Of a stretch of DNA of 64,000 bases, positions 9,701 through 18,029 are shown piece by piece. The notes beneath the pieces were generated by a model. The model was not told the DNA's origin and ran no database searches. It saw only the letters and a list, made by a program, of their open reading frames with translations. Both the position numbers and the translations under genes were made by a program. The DNA is taken from contig CM000434.1 of NCBI GenBank assembly GCA_000165345.1, forward strand, positions 576,001-640,000, given 5' to 3'. The stretch's first letter is position 1. The number at the start of each line of letters is the position of its first letter.

Positions 9701-11235
9701 ATAAAGTTGAGCAAACTCAAATTGAAAGAATTAATTCTTTCCAATTATTATTAAAGTTAATAAATGATTTAATGCCAAATATTGTCGAGGAATTAAATAC
9801 ATTAGAGACTATTTATTTGAAATACTATCAGAATAAGATAAATGAAATAACATCTGCATCAAAGTTACTTTTATTTAATTATTTGAAACTTAACTCCATG
9901 AAAACTACTCTAATTCATAATTATGGAAAGGCTAATTTATTTCAAAAGATTTTCAGATTTCCTAAGCTTTTACTATCCAAAGATGAAGTCCATAACATAG
10001 AAAGTTCTACATTCGCATTTGACAGTCCTGTAAATAATAACGCAACTTATGCAGCAGATTTAACTGATTACATTAAAAATAATCAGCTATCTTCAAATAA
10101 TCACACTATTTTGTTAGGAAAATATCTCAAAGCACTTTCAACATTAAAACATAGAATTGAGGATATTCCACAAATAAATGATAATAACTCATCATTATTA
10201 AATGAAAATCTAAAGTCAGAAATTGAATTTGAGAAATATAGAAACATCGAGGAGAAGTCATTATTGATTCTCGGCGAGTCAGATAAATATCTCAAGCTTG
10301 CAAATATCGAGCACTTTAGATTCTACACTATTCGGAATATAACGGGCAATATAACTGATGTAATTTCAAAACTTTCGGAGGAAATTAAATTAAAAGAAGA
10401 AAAACTAGAAAAAAGAGAAGAAGAAATTGCAAATACTAATTGTTACAGACGGTGGAAATGGAAAAAAAGGGTTAAGAGGCGAAAAATGAAAAAAATTAAA
10501 GATGAAAAAATAGATAAAATGATCAAAATTAATAAATCTAACGCTAATTTGAATAATTTGAAGTTAAAAAAGAAAGAAGCTAATGGAAAACTAAAGTTAT
10601 TTTTGACAAAGACAATAAACATTGAAAATTTTGATACAAGCTGCAATCCAGTAGAAGATCTTGAAAGTATATCATATGACGACAAAAGCGATTTAGAAAG
10701 CTTCCAATTTGATGATTTATACAAGTTTGATGAAAGGCCCGGAAGATACAATCCCAAAAATCAAGAAGAACAAGAGATTGAATATGATGATGATACTGGA
10801 GGTACAACTGAATATGGAAAGAAACCCAATTCGCTTATATCAAAGATAAGCACAGCTGTAGATATGGCTGTTACAATTAATAACTCAATTAGACAGTATA
10901 AGGAAATCAAAAATGAATTAGAACAAAGTGGAATCGAATTTGGACAAGAAAACTCGGGAGTAAATTTAATGGCAGGGTTTGACGTACTGAATGCATTGAC
11001 CGGAGGACCTACTGAGGATTTGAGTGCAATGTTAGGTTCTATTAACGAGCAAGATCAAGTTTTTAATGAGGCCGATATTTTGGGCGAATTACAAACAGGT
11101 GAGATGCCAAATGGCGTGGAAAAGGAAGTCAATAGTAGGCCTTTCGAAGGCTTGGATATTTCATACGATGATTTTAAACGAAAGGTTGAATTCGAGCTTA
11201 AAAACTCTGATTTGAATTTTGATTTTGACGATTAA
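6781..11235 (+). CDS. Large (1484 aa) lineage-specific secreted-type protein; Asn/Lys/Ser-rich, with a coiled-coil and basic cluster
   Basis: A single uninterrupted ORF. The N-terminus FRVQFLVLLLFLNNLAC looks like a signal peptide. A highly basic stretch RRWKWKKRVKRRKMKKIKDEKIDK lies near residue 1220. The C-terminus is acidic. No recognisable catalytic domain. There is an A15 homopolymer inside the CDS at 7427-7441. Confidence 0.5.
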   Translation: MPERFKGIKINTIWAIFRVQFLVLLLFLNNLACENEILDESERNAALINSSSHTNPDSIQNEVANPMNEITLLSSSGEISSFNAFELNVQDQCNQLWTYRNKLVHEVSNIVKLHKQFVIFLNKIDPKKNTVHLEEIFKKSLDLSLASNRNEEINKKFKEYLGLAVDYRFISSDKDESTVKILISNRSPLKSSLKDLLILKNEYLKYISNFDICVKKKKKVIKSGSDSLNALINLSKLLNISENALYDENIGYLEQISSITNNLDSNLSFIKTLKKLQEVCDKGLAQDDQSNKKSKIKWLKKNSNKINKTMSSFEDIFKMNSKKVHNLLNCINHFQTSNSINDNTLAMVNTIGNQIVNHSINRRNVLSVISSRYTITTLNTYILNNRLFSLWLFVQKRLTTIQIAIKVMKESKELTNRMNSVFSMDEAIDLLTKCSETLRKTASDWNVFFSDKNTLIIKKLHKETLEQLNHYKFEGDRNTLAMYMEWIWLNNHIQSVIEQGYDAFEGIIKGTLKSPLTNCAKNLSSLYKNLKSEFSAKENFSEKTIKKINKEYRSVLNDVSGHLLKQIDSLFSLKHSFLWPHNNATLISAISMYNRTSEFVSSINLPQEQNSFEKPNYSYELLKQQQIITNGFSTLYENIKTRFNWDLSLFQTEFGYVKNINLGLDTEETINFSKLKVYQDSSEQFGEWFESTLEFLNLKENFSKAKNILEQAIQFRLQFIQQWSDIIAKIINKVGNPTALSISKISEEAYTYYLQYQVSKSKEFSNYFESDLSILKYVDVVDNSLSDLNRESFVSKFETTNAPNLDGSYHGDDEFPSVSSIKSYLTDLKNRVDHYCSYEQKRNKNDEDYLSIVRQICDKFSIIFSTINQNLKGVDSKLQRVYSDLESQKEDISKLDTIIQDCISLDNKVGRVKCWIPNQSIELPLRRALQIRKVMNNWLRETIKTKVLVFSNFIEDCLKLNFKGSLIFQNNESNKVEQTQIERINSFQLLLKLINDLMPNIVEELNTLETIYLKYYQNKINEITSASKLLLFNYLKLNSMKTTLIHNYGKANLFQKIFRFPKLLLSKDEVHNIESSTFAFDSPVNNNATYAADLTDYIKNNQLSSNNHTILLGKYLKALSTLKHRIEDIPQINDNNSSLLNENLKSEIEFEKYRNIEEKSLLILGESDKYLKLANIEHFRFYTIRNITGNITDVISKLSEEIKLKEEKLEKREEEIANTNCYRRWKWKKRVKRRKMKKIKDEKIDKMIKINKSNANLNNLKLKKKEANGKLKLFLTKTINIENFDTSCNPVEDLESISYDDKSDLESFQFDDLYKFDERPGRYNPKNQEEQEIEYDDDTGGTTEYGKKPNSLISKISTAVDMAVTINNSIRQYKEIKNELEQSGIEFGQENSGVNLMAGFDVLNALTGGPTEDLSAMLGSINEQDQVFNEADILGELQTGEMPNGVEKEVNSRPFEGLDISYDDFKRKVEFELKNSDLNFDFDD

Positions 11236-11331
11236 TCAAATTGATTTTTTTTATTAACAAAGCTAAATTACAAAAAAAAAAAAAAAAATATGCAAAAAAC
11301 TTCTAATTTAGAGAATTAAGTACTCATATAG

Positions 11332-11934
11332 TCAGTCAGTCATACCTGGTACTTTATTTATTGGTTTTCTACGTCTAACTTGTTTGCTTTTAGGTTTATT
11401 TGAGCTTTTCTCTGTTTCCTCGCTTCCTACACTTGTTAATGAAGCTTCAGTGTAGGATCTTTTTGATTTTTTATCTCCAACAACTTTCCAACCTCCTGAA
11501 TCATTCTTATCTATTTCAAATGATAAGCCTTGTATATGTTTTGTTGACGGAACAAATTGTTCACTCTTTTCAGGAATTTGTTTTTCCTCGTCCTCGCTTC
11601 CTTCAGTATCTAAAGGCGGAATAAATGGCTTTGATAGAGTTTTTTTTTGATTAGATTTGGAACTTTGCTGCACGATCTGTTGAGGTTCTTTATTATATTT
11701 CTGTTTATTATTCCCCTTCTTTTTATTTTGTTTCTTGACCTAATTAAATAATTCGAGTCAATTTGCTAGTTTAAATAAACACTTTAAACTCACCTTCTTC
11801 TTTGTTAACTCAGCATAGCAGATAAAAGGAAACACAATTGAGAGTGTAATCAAAGTAAAAGAAATAAAAATGGCAGTGGGGTTGCCTACTGAAAGATTTT
11901 CTCTAATTAATTTAATCAAATTTACGTCAAGCAT
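11332..11934 (-). CDS. Small two-exon gene encoding a ~185-aa signal-anchor / Lys-rich protein
   Basis: The ORF track reports only 11332..11673, starting at a GTG. That frame stays open upstream to an in-frame TAG at the string TTAATTAG|GTC, which is acceptor-like. 44 nt further up on the minus strand is a canonical donor GAAGAAG|GTGAGT. This gives an intron at 11750..11793 and exon 1 at 11794..11934, starting at the ATG at 11934. Exon 1 encodes MLDVNLIKLIRENLSVGNPTAIFISFTLITLSIVFPFICYAELTKKK; exon 2 is 11332..11749. The 44-nt intron length matches intron 2 of the MOD5 gene in this window. Confidence 0.4.
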
Positions 11935-12104
11935 TATTAATAAAATCTTAAATAAAAAAAAAAAAAAATCTTTCCGCCAATAATTATTCAGGGGTGAAAT
12001 TTCAAAATCGGAAAAATCAATTTAATTGCGAACCAAATTGTAGGGAAGATTAATGTGATAAATTAAAAGCATTACTCAAACTAAGTTGCTAATACTAAAT
12101 TCCA

Positions 12105-13085
12105 ATGCAAGAGCTAGATTCATTGGAGAATACTAATATCGAAACAATTGAATACAGCGTTGACTTTCAAAACGAAGGGGTCTGCAAATTTTTATTTAAG
12201 CCAGATCACTATGCTCTTTTTTCCAAATTAAAGAGTCTTCTAGATAATGAGTGTTTCGATCTTGAAAATCTTGATATTTCAACACAAGTCATAGATTTGA
12301 ACCCACAACATTATACTGCGTGGTACTTCAGAAGAAAAATCATTCGCGAAAATTATGTTGAACATGAAAATAAAACGGAGTTCCTTAGAGAAGAATTAAG
12401 ATTCGTTAGAGGTATTTGTGAAAGAGCTCCAAAGTGTTATCAATCATGGTGGCATATGAGAGTTATTAGAGAATTACTTGGATTTGACATTGAAGAATTA
12501 AATTTCATAAGTAAGCAGCTGGAATTTGACGCAAAAAATATGTATGTGTGGAATCATAGGACTTGGTTTATTAGGAAATACAATTCTGTTGAAAATGATT
12601 TACTTATTAGTGAGTTGGATTTTATCTCAAAGTTGATTTCTGAGGATTGCAGAAACAATAGTGCCTGGTGTTACAGGCATTTTATTTTCACTAATTTAAA
12701 AAAAATGAATGCATTAAAAGAGTCTGATCTACTTGAGGAGGTAGATTACATAGTTAATTGGCTGATGTTTGCTCCACACAATGATTCAATATGGAACTAT
12801 ATAATTTCATTCTTTAGCAAAATAATGGTTAATGGAAATGTTAACAAAGAAACCTTAATTAAGAATTTGAGTCTTGAAAATGCGCCTAAGAGTTTTATAG
12901 ATGCAATTGATGAAATTTATACTAATCATTATGATAGTTGCCATCAGGTTGTGTATATTAAGGCTTGTATGGAATATGAAAAAGGTGATACTGATTTTGC
13001 TTTAAAAGCTTTCAAGCTTCTGCAATCAGTGGATCCAATAAGAAAATTCTACTGGAAATGGAGGGCAGATAATTTAAAAACTTGA
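12105..13085 (+). CDS. Protein prenyltransferase alpha subunit (FTase/GGTase-I alpha, RAM2/FNTA-like)
   Basis: 326-aa ORF with five tandem PFTA repeats built around W..RR/W..R motifs: TAWYFRRKII, QSWWHMRVI, YVWNHRTWFI, SAWCYRHFIF, SIWNYIISF. Confidence 0.8.
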   Translation: MQELDSLENTNIETIEYSVDFQNEGVCKFLFKPDHYALFSKLKSLLDNECFDLENLDISTQVIDLNPQHYTAWYFRRKIIRENYVEHENKTEFLREELRFVRGICERAPKCYQSWWHMRVIRELLGFDIEELNFISKQLEFDAKNMYVWNHRTWFIRKYNSVENDLLISELDFISKLISEDCRNNSAWCYRHFIFTNLKKMNALKESDLLEEVDYIVNWLMFAPHNDSIWNYIISFFSKIMVNGNVNKETLIKNLSLENAPKSFIDAIDEIYTNHYDSCHQVVYIKACMEYEKGDTDFALKAFKLLQSVDPIRKFYWKWRADNLKT

Positions 13086-13431
13086 AGTGCATGTGTATAT
13101 TTAATAAATATTAATTAAATTCCTGTAATTTATTCCAAAATGCACTAAAATTAATTTCTAAACAACGTTTTTATCAGAAAAGTACAGGGATTCTTCCAAA
13201 TTGTTTATTTCATCAAAGTTTACAGTATTCTCAACGGTCTATAGGAATAATTATAAATATTATAAGGTAATCTTTCTTTTTTCAAACTCACCTCCGTCTT
13301 TCCTTTCAATCTAGCAATAGAAAAAACTCTTAACATTTGAAGGCAAAATCTAGATGATGTTAGGATTTGTTCAAATATATCAGTGGCCTAGAATGTTATT
13401 AGTGAATTAACTAACGCGTTAATATTTATAT

Positions 13432-13899
13432 TTAACTTACTATCTGGTTATTTCTTAAATCGGCAATTTTTTTTGTAGCAAAAAGTCTTCGAATATCACC
13501 ATTTAAGAATAATAATGAAAGGCAGGTCAATGCAACAACAAAGTCAAATACATTATTTACTTTGTTAAAAAATCTTTTTTTCATTAAGAATAGTTTAATT
13601 ATTACTTCAAATGTCAAGGTTAGTGTTATAATTGTTTCCAGGAAAATAGAAAATCTACTTCCTGATTGAGCCCTAAACAAGCCACTGAAAAGAACCAAGA
13701 TGTTTAATAAAAAAATTCCAAGGTAGAGATATTTTGAAAACTCAGAATAGTATAATCTTTTAACTATTGTAATAGCCCTTTCCTCACATGTTAAATTTGA
13801 AGCCCAAAATGAAAACCCTTGATCTCTGGAGCTTCCGTTAATTTCAAAGTTGTGAAAATCGGTACTAGTAAGTCCTCCAGGGTATCTATACATATCCAT
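13432..13899 (-). CDS. Hypothetical small membrane protein (2-3 predicted TM helices)
   Basis: 155-aa ORF with an ATG start. Hydrophobic segments LYLGIFLLNILVLFSGLF, IFLETIITLTLTFEVIIKLFLM and FDFVVALTCLSLLFL. No recognisable family. Confidence 0.35.
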   Translation of the reverse strand: MDMYRYPGGLTSTDFHNFEINGSSRDQGFSFWASNLTCEERAITIVKRLYYSEFSKYLYLGIFLLNILVLFSGLFRAQSGSRFSIFLETIITLTLTFEVIIKLFLMKKRFFNKVNNVFDFVVALTCLSLLFLNGDIRRLFATKKIADLRNNQIVS

Positions 13900-13978
13900 T
13901 ATAATTTGGAACTATATTCATAATTCGAGGAAAAAAAAACACGATTGTAATTAATACATGAAATAATTGGTAAACTTT

Positions 13979-13986
13979 ATGGCGCC
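13979..13986. promoter_or_regulatory. E2F-like box TTTATGGCGCC in the divergent promoter between the 13432..13899 (-) and 14100..14957 (+) genes
   Basis: GGCGCC core with a 5' T-run. It is 80 bp upstream of the minus-strand ATG. Confidence 0.4.
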
Positions 13987-14099
13987 TTAATGATTAATTG
14001 AATTACGAATCATTATGAACTCTTATTAATGCAATTTATTCCATAAATGTATTCATTATTGATTTGTATAAAATTCAATTTTATTAGGTTTAAGTTATA

Positions 14100-14957
14100 A
14101 TGCAACAGATACAATCAAAACTCTCAATTATCTCAAAATCTATTAATAGTAAATCTCTAAATTCATTTGAATTTAACAATAATTATAATAGTCAGAACCC
14201 TAAATTCCAGATTGTTGAAGAACAAAAATCAGGCAATAACAGTGAATTAGAATTTTTGATTGACGCATCTAAATTTTACAGCCTAATTTGTCCTAGTTTA
14301 TCAAGCCGTTTAATTTGCAAAGTTGCAAATTTAACATCCGAAATCAGTCAGACAAAATCATATAGTGATTATTTTTCAGGAAAAATTTGTCCAAAATGTT
14401 TTTCAGTATATTTAATAGGAATTAATTGTAAATTAGAGGTCAAGCCTATTAAAGGGATTATTAGGAAAAGACTGAAAAAGAAACTACTCAAGCTTAGCAA
14501 AATTAGTGGCCAGAATTTCCAAAATTATTCTTTTAAGAATATATTAATTTCATGTAAACTTTGCAAATTTAGTTTTAAGAAACCTTATTGGGAGAAAAAG
14601 ATTAAAAATACGAATAGACATGAACCACTAAATGATGCTCAAAATAATAAAAACAAAGTCGAAGACATTCTTAACTACTCTAATTTTATCTTAAGCAATG
14701 CTGATACAAGCATTCAAGATCAATGCCGTCAAAATAGTAATAAAAGTGGTAATTCACAAAATGGAAATCCGAACACTAATAAAAATCACAGATTCTTTAA
14801 TAAGACTCAAAAGGCGGGCTCAATGCTTCAAGAAAAAAAAAATTCTTATGTTGACATTACTAATTTAACTGAGTTAAATAAGGATATAAAGAGCGAGCAA
14901 AGCAGCCAATCTACACAGGGCAATAGTTTTTATGATATTTTATCCATGCTTGAATGA
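14100..14957 (+). CDS. Hypothetical protein with paired Cys motifs (possible zinc ribbon)
   Basis: 285-aa ORF. It carries CPKCFSVY...C(x12)CKLCKF-type Cys pairs, basic Lys-rich patches and an Asn-rich tail. A resemblance to Rpr2/Rpp21-type zinc ribbons is speculative. It ends only 14 nt before the MOD5 ATG. Confidence 0.4.
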   Translation: MQQIQSKLSIISKSINSKSLNSFEFNNNYNSQNPKFQIVEEQKSGNNSELEFLIDASKFYSLICPSLSSRLICKVANLTSEISQTKSYSDYFSGKICPKCFSVYLIGINCKLEVKPIKGIIRKRLKKKLLKLSKISGQNFQNYSFKNILISCKLCKFSFKKPYWEKKIKNTNRHEPLNDAQNNKNKVEDILNYSNFILSNADTSIQDQCRQNSNKSGNSQNGNPNTNKNHRFFNKTQKAGSMLQEKKNSYVDITNLTELNKDIKSEQSSQSTQGNSFYDILSMLE

Positions 14958-14971
14958 CATGACCTTTTGAA

Positions 14972-16376
14972 ATGTGTTTTATTTCATTGAATTCGTATAT
15001 TAAAGATGTCCCAGTTATTTTCATTTTTGGTACAACAGGTAGATTAACTTATTACATTCAATAAGGCTTAAATAACTTTTTTAAATCTTTGTTATTTCTA
15101 TAATGTGTAGCTTCTGGCAAAACTCGTTTATCTATAGATATCTGGAAATATCTTGACAAAAAAGTATGTTTATTCAATTCATATAGAAAACCATATTTTC
15201 TTTTTAGGGATTTAAATCAGAAATAATAAATTGCGACTCAATGCAACTATACAAAGGCTTTGATATTGGAACTGCTAAAGTATCCAAAGAAATTCGTAAT
15301 AGAATCCCTCATCACCTATTAGATGTTTTTGATATTGATGAAGATTGTACAGCCTCCAAATATATCAGTATAGCAGTACCAATAGTAAGTTGTGATTTAA
15401 AAGTAAATTCAGTGCATTTATATCACATATAGATCGATAGATTGATCAGCGAAAATGTTACTCCAATTATTGTTGGTGGCACTCACATGTACCTTAAAGC
15501 GTTGATTTGGAAGTCTATTATTGACTCAGAAACATGTAGTAGCGTAAATCCTTCAATTAAAGATGAAGAATACTCAAACTTCACAAACGAGGAGTTGCTT
15601 GAACAGCTTTCGAAGATTGACCCTGAAAGAGCATTGTCATTAAATATAAATGACCGACGAAAAATAATCAGAGGGATAGAGGTAAATTTTTATAAATATT
15701 TATTAATCACAGTTAAGTAGATTCATAGATTTATAACACAAACGGGTTAACATTTACAGAGTTAAAGAAAATTCATCCATACAAAGTTAGATACAACAAT
15801 AGTGTATTATTTTGGGTAAGAAATAACAATATAAGAGAATGCATAGATATAAGAATAAATGAAATGATTAATGTAAGTTGCAATTCAGCGTCATATTTAA
15901 ATTTGAACATTCTTCCATAGGATGGATTATTAAAAGAGGTTTTTTTACTTAAGGAGAGGTTATTAACTTGTAATAAATATATTGGTTTATTACAAGGAAT
16001 AGCCTACAAAGAATTCATAGATATTCTCGACAAAAAAACAAAAATAGAAGACATTTCCGAAGAAGAACTCAATATATGTATTGAAAATTTGCGTATAAAG
16101 ACGTTTCAATACAGTAAGAGACAAGAGAAATTCATTAAAAAACATATAATTAATCGCGGATTAAATGTAAATATATTAGAATTTGATGGTGAAGTATCAG
16201 ATAGTCAGAAATTGGAACTACTTGAATTTAATTTTCAAAGTACTTCAATTATTTATAAATACTTGTCTAAATTATTTAATTTAAAGAATAACTCTGAAAG
16301 CAAACAAGTTTATTCATCTTGGGAAAAGTCAGTGTTAACTCGCGCATTCATGATTCTGGATAAAAAATTAAGTTAA
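14972..16376 (+). CDS. MOD5: tRNA dimethylallyl (isopentenyl) transferase, MiaA/MOD5 family; 6 exons
   Basis: Exons are 14972..15038, 15111..15163, 15208..15384, 15433..15681, 15729..15872 and 15921..16376. Introns are 72, 44, 48, 47 and 48 nt. Their donors are GTAGAT, GTATGT, GTAAGT, GTAAAT and GTAAGT; all acceptors are TAG. The spliced protein reads [66 protein letters not shown]...RIPHHLLDV...[15 protein letters not shown]...IRGIEIYNTNGLTFTEL...PYKVRYNNSVLFW...LQGIAYKEF...FQYSKRQEKFIKK. Across those segments it matches the MiaA/Mod5 consensus: P-loop GTTASGKT, DSMQx[20 protein letters not shown], GY(K/R)E and AKRQ.TW. The ORF track shows only three fragments: 15241..15432, 15442..15720 and 16089..16376. 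Confidence 0.75.
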
Positions 16377-17500
16377 TATGGCGAAATACTCCTTGACAGA
16401 GAGCGTGAGGAGTCACTTTCTGGAGAAATTTCTCCATCACTAGGAGGATAGATTTTTGTATCCTCTTTAATATGTTTTTTGTGTTTTTCTGAACTTATTC
16501 TATTCAATTCAACTGTCGAATAAGGGTTAGATCTAGTGTTTATATGTTTGTTTCTCGGCCCAAAACTGTTATAGTCACTCTGCACAGTCGACTTATAATT
16601 ATTTCCGAGCTCTTCATATCTCGTTTGGTTATTTTCTCTTCTGGATGAATGATTACCATAATTATCACGGTAATCCATATGCTCCCTATTTCTCCTATCT
16701 CTATAATTGTTTGAATAGTAATAAGCACGGCCTTCACCGGAGTAGCTTTGTCTATGTGATTTATATCGGAAATCGCCTTTATGAGCTATATTTTCATGTC
16801 TGTAGTTGCTATCCCTATTGGGAGAATGCGCTTTGATCCATTCTTTTAAATCTTTTGCTTGCTTTCTAATTTTTAGGTAGCCAACATGAATTTTACCGTT
16901 AAAGTGATCATTTAACCTTTGGTCATTGTCAGTTTCTGAAAGAAATGCGGCACAAATTTCACATGGGTGAAGTTTTTGACGATACATTCCATTCTCAACA
17001 TCTTCCTTTGTAGCAGATATCTTCATTTTTTGTTGATTTAGTCTTGTTAAGTCTTCCATCCTCTTCAAAGAGCCATCTATATCGCCATTTGCACCTAAAT
17101 CATCAATCTCCTTCATAATTTCTTTAATCTCAAGATCTAATGCCCGTATATTTTCATCTTCAAGTTTTGAACTTCCTGAAAGCTCAGCACGAACACGGTT
17201 TCTTTCAATCTTTTTATTGCAATCATCTACCATTCCCTGAAATACTCTCAAACTATCTGTCTCATATTTAATTCGAGTATTTCCTTTCGATTCTCTTTCA
17301 CTTAAGTACTTTTCCCTTAAAACTTCCGAATGGATATTTTTACAAGGACCCATATACAGCTTTGTATTTTCAAATAATTCATGAGGACATAGTCCGCATA
17401 AGTAGAATTTACAGACATCATTATCATGAGGGTTTTTCTTCTCTATTGGAGCTTCAATCCCTCCCATCAAATCTTCAATCTGACGTCTGATTTCATCCAT
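16373..17500 (-). CDS. LUC7-like U1 snRNP-associated splicing factor
   Basis: 375-aa ORF. First zinc finger: VCKFYLCGLCPHELFENTKLYMGPCKNIHSE. Second zinc finger: CEICAAFLSETDNDQRLNDHFNGKIHVGYLKIR. A coiled-coil lies between them and the C-terminal tail is RD/RS/Y-rich, the LUC7 layout. Its TAA stop overlaps the TAA stop of MOD5 on the other strand at 16373-16376. Confidence 0.75.
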   Translation of the reverse strand: MDEIRRQIEDLMGGIEAPIEKKNPHDNDVCKFYLCGLCPHELFENTKLYMGPCKNIHSEVLREKYLSERESKGNTRIKYETDSLRVFQGMVDDCNKKIERNRVRAELSGSSKLEDENIRALDLEIKEIMKEIDDLGANGDIDGSLKRMEDLTRLNQQKMKISATKEDVENGMYRQKLHPCEICAAFLSETDNDQRLNDHFNGKIHVGYLKIRKQAKDLKEWIKAHSPNRDSNYRHENIAHKGDFRYKSHRQSYSGEGRAYYYSNNYRDRRNREHMDYRDNYGNHSSRRENNQTRYEELGNNYKSTVQSDYNSFGPRNKHINTRSNPYSTVELNRISSEKHKKHIKEDTKIYPPSDGEISPESDSSRSLSRSISPY

Positions 17501-18029
17501 TATTATTGGAATATATTAATTCATATCAACATTTACATGTATATGCATTTATTTAAATGAAATTAGTACTAACATTTATTTATTTATTTCCAATTATTGA
17601 CTAATGCGCCTTTAAAAATTATTAAAGTAAAATAAAAATTAAAAAAAAATTCTTTGAATATAGAAAGATAAACCCAATTTTCAAAATAAACCTTAGATTT
17701 CAGGAAGAAAAATTGAGATTTGAATTGAGTTAATCTTGTATGAAAAAGTAAGCAGGAATAAATATCTTTGTGAGTACAAGCTACATCAAAAAAAAAAAAA
17801 AAAGAAGATGCAGTCCAGTTCACAAAATAAGGTCGGTAATAACAATTTTCAAGGAAAAATGAATTTCTTGAGTAGATAAAAATTATTATAACTTTTACAT
17901 TAATCAAAATAAAATAAGTGACAAATTTACCGCCTGCTTAAACGCCCCATACTAAAAAAGAAAGAAAATCAAATTCTTAATTTATTACTGTGGGTTTGAA
18001 AAAAATCATTCCTCTAATAGAAACCCATT

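Noticed and set aside
15442-15720. ORF-track entry 15442..15720 as an independent gene with a TTG start and tail VNFYKYLLITVK.
   Set aside because: It is exon 4 of MOD5. Its 5' end joins exon 3 via a 48-nt intron, and the last 13 codons are intron read-through beyond the GAG|GTAAAT donor at 15681/15682.
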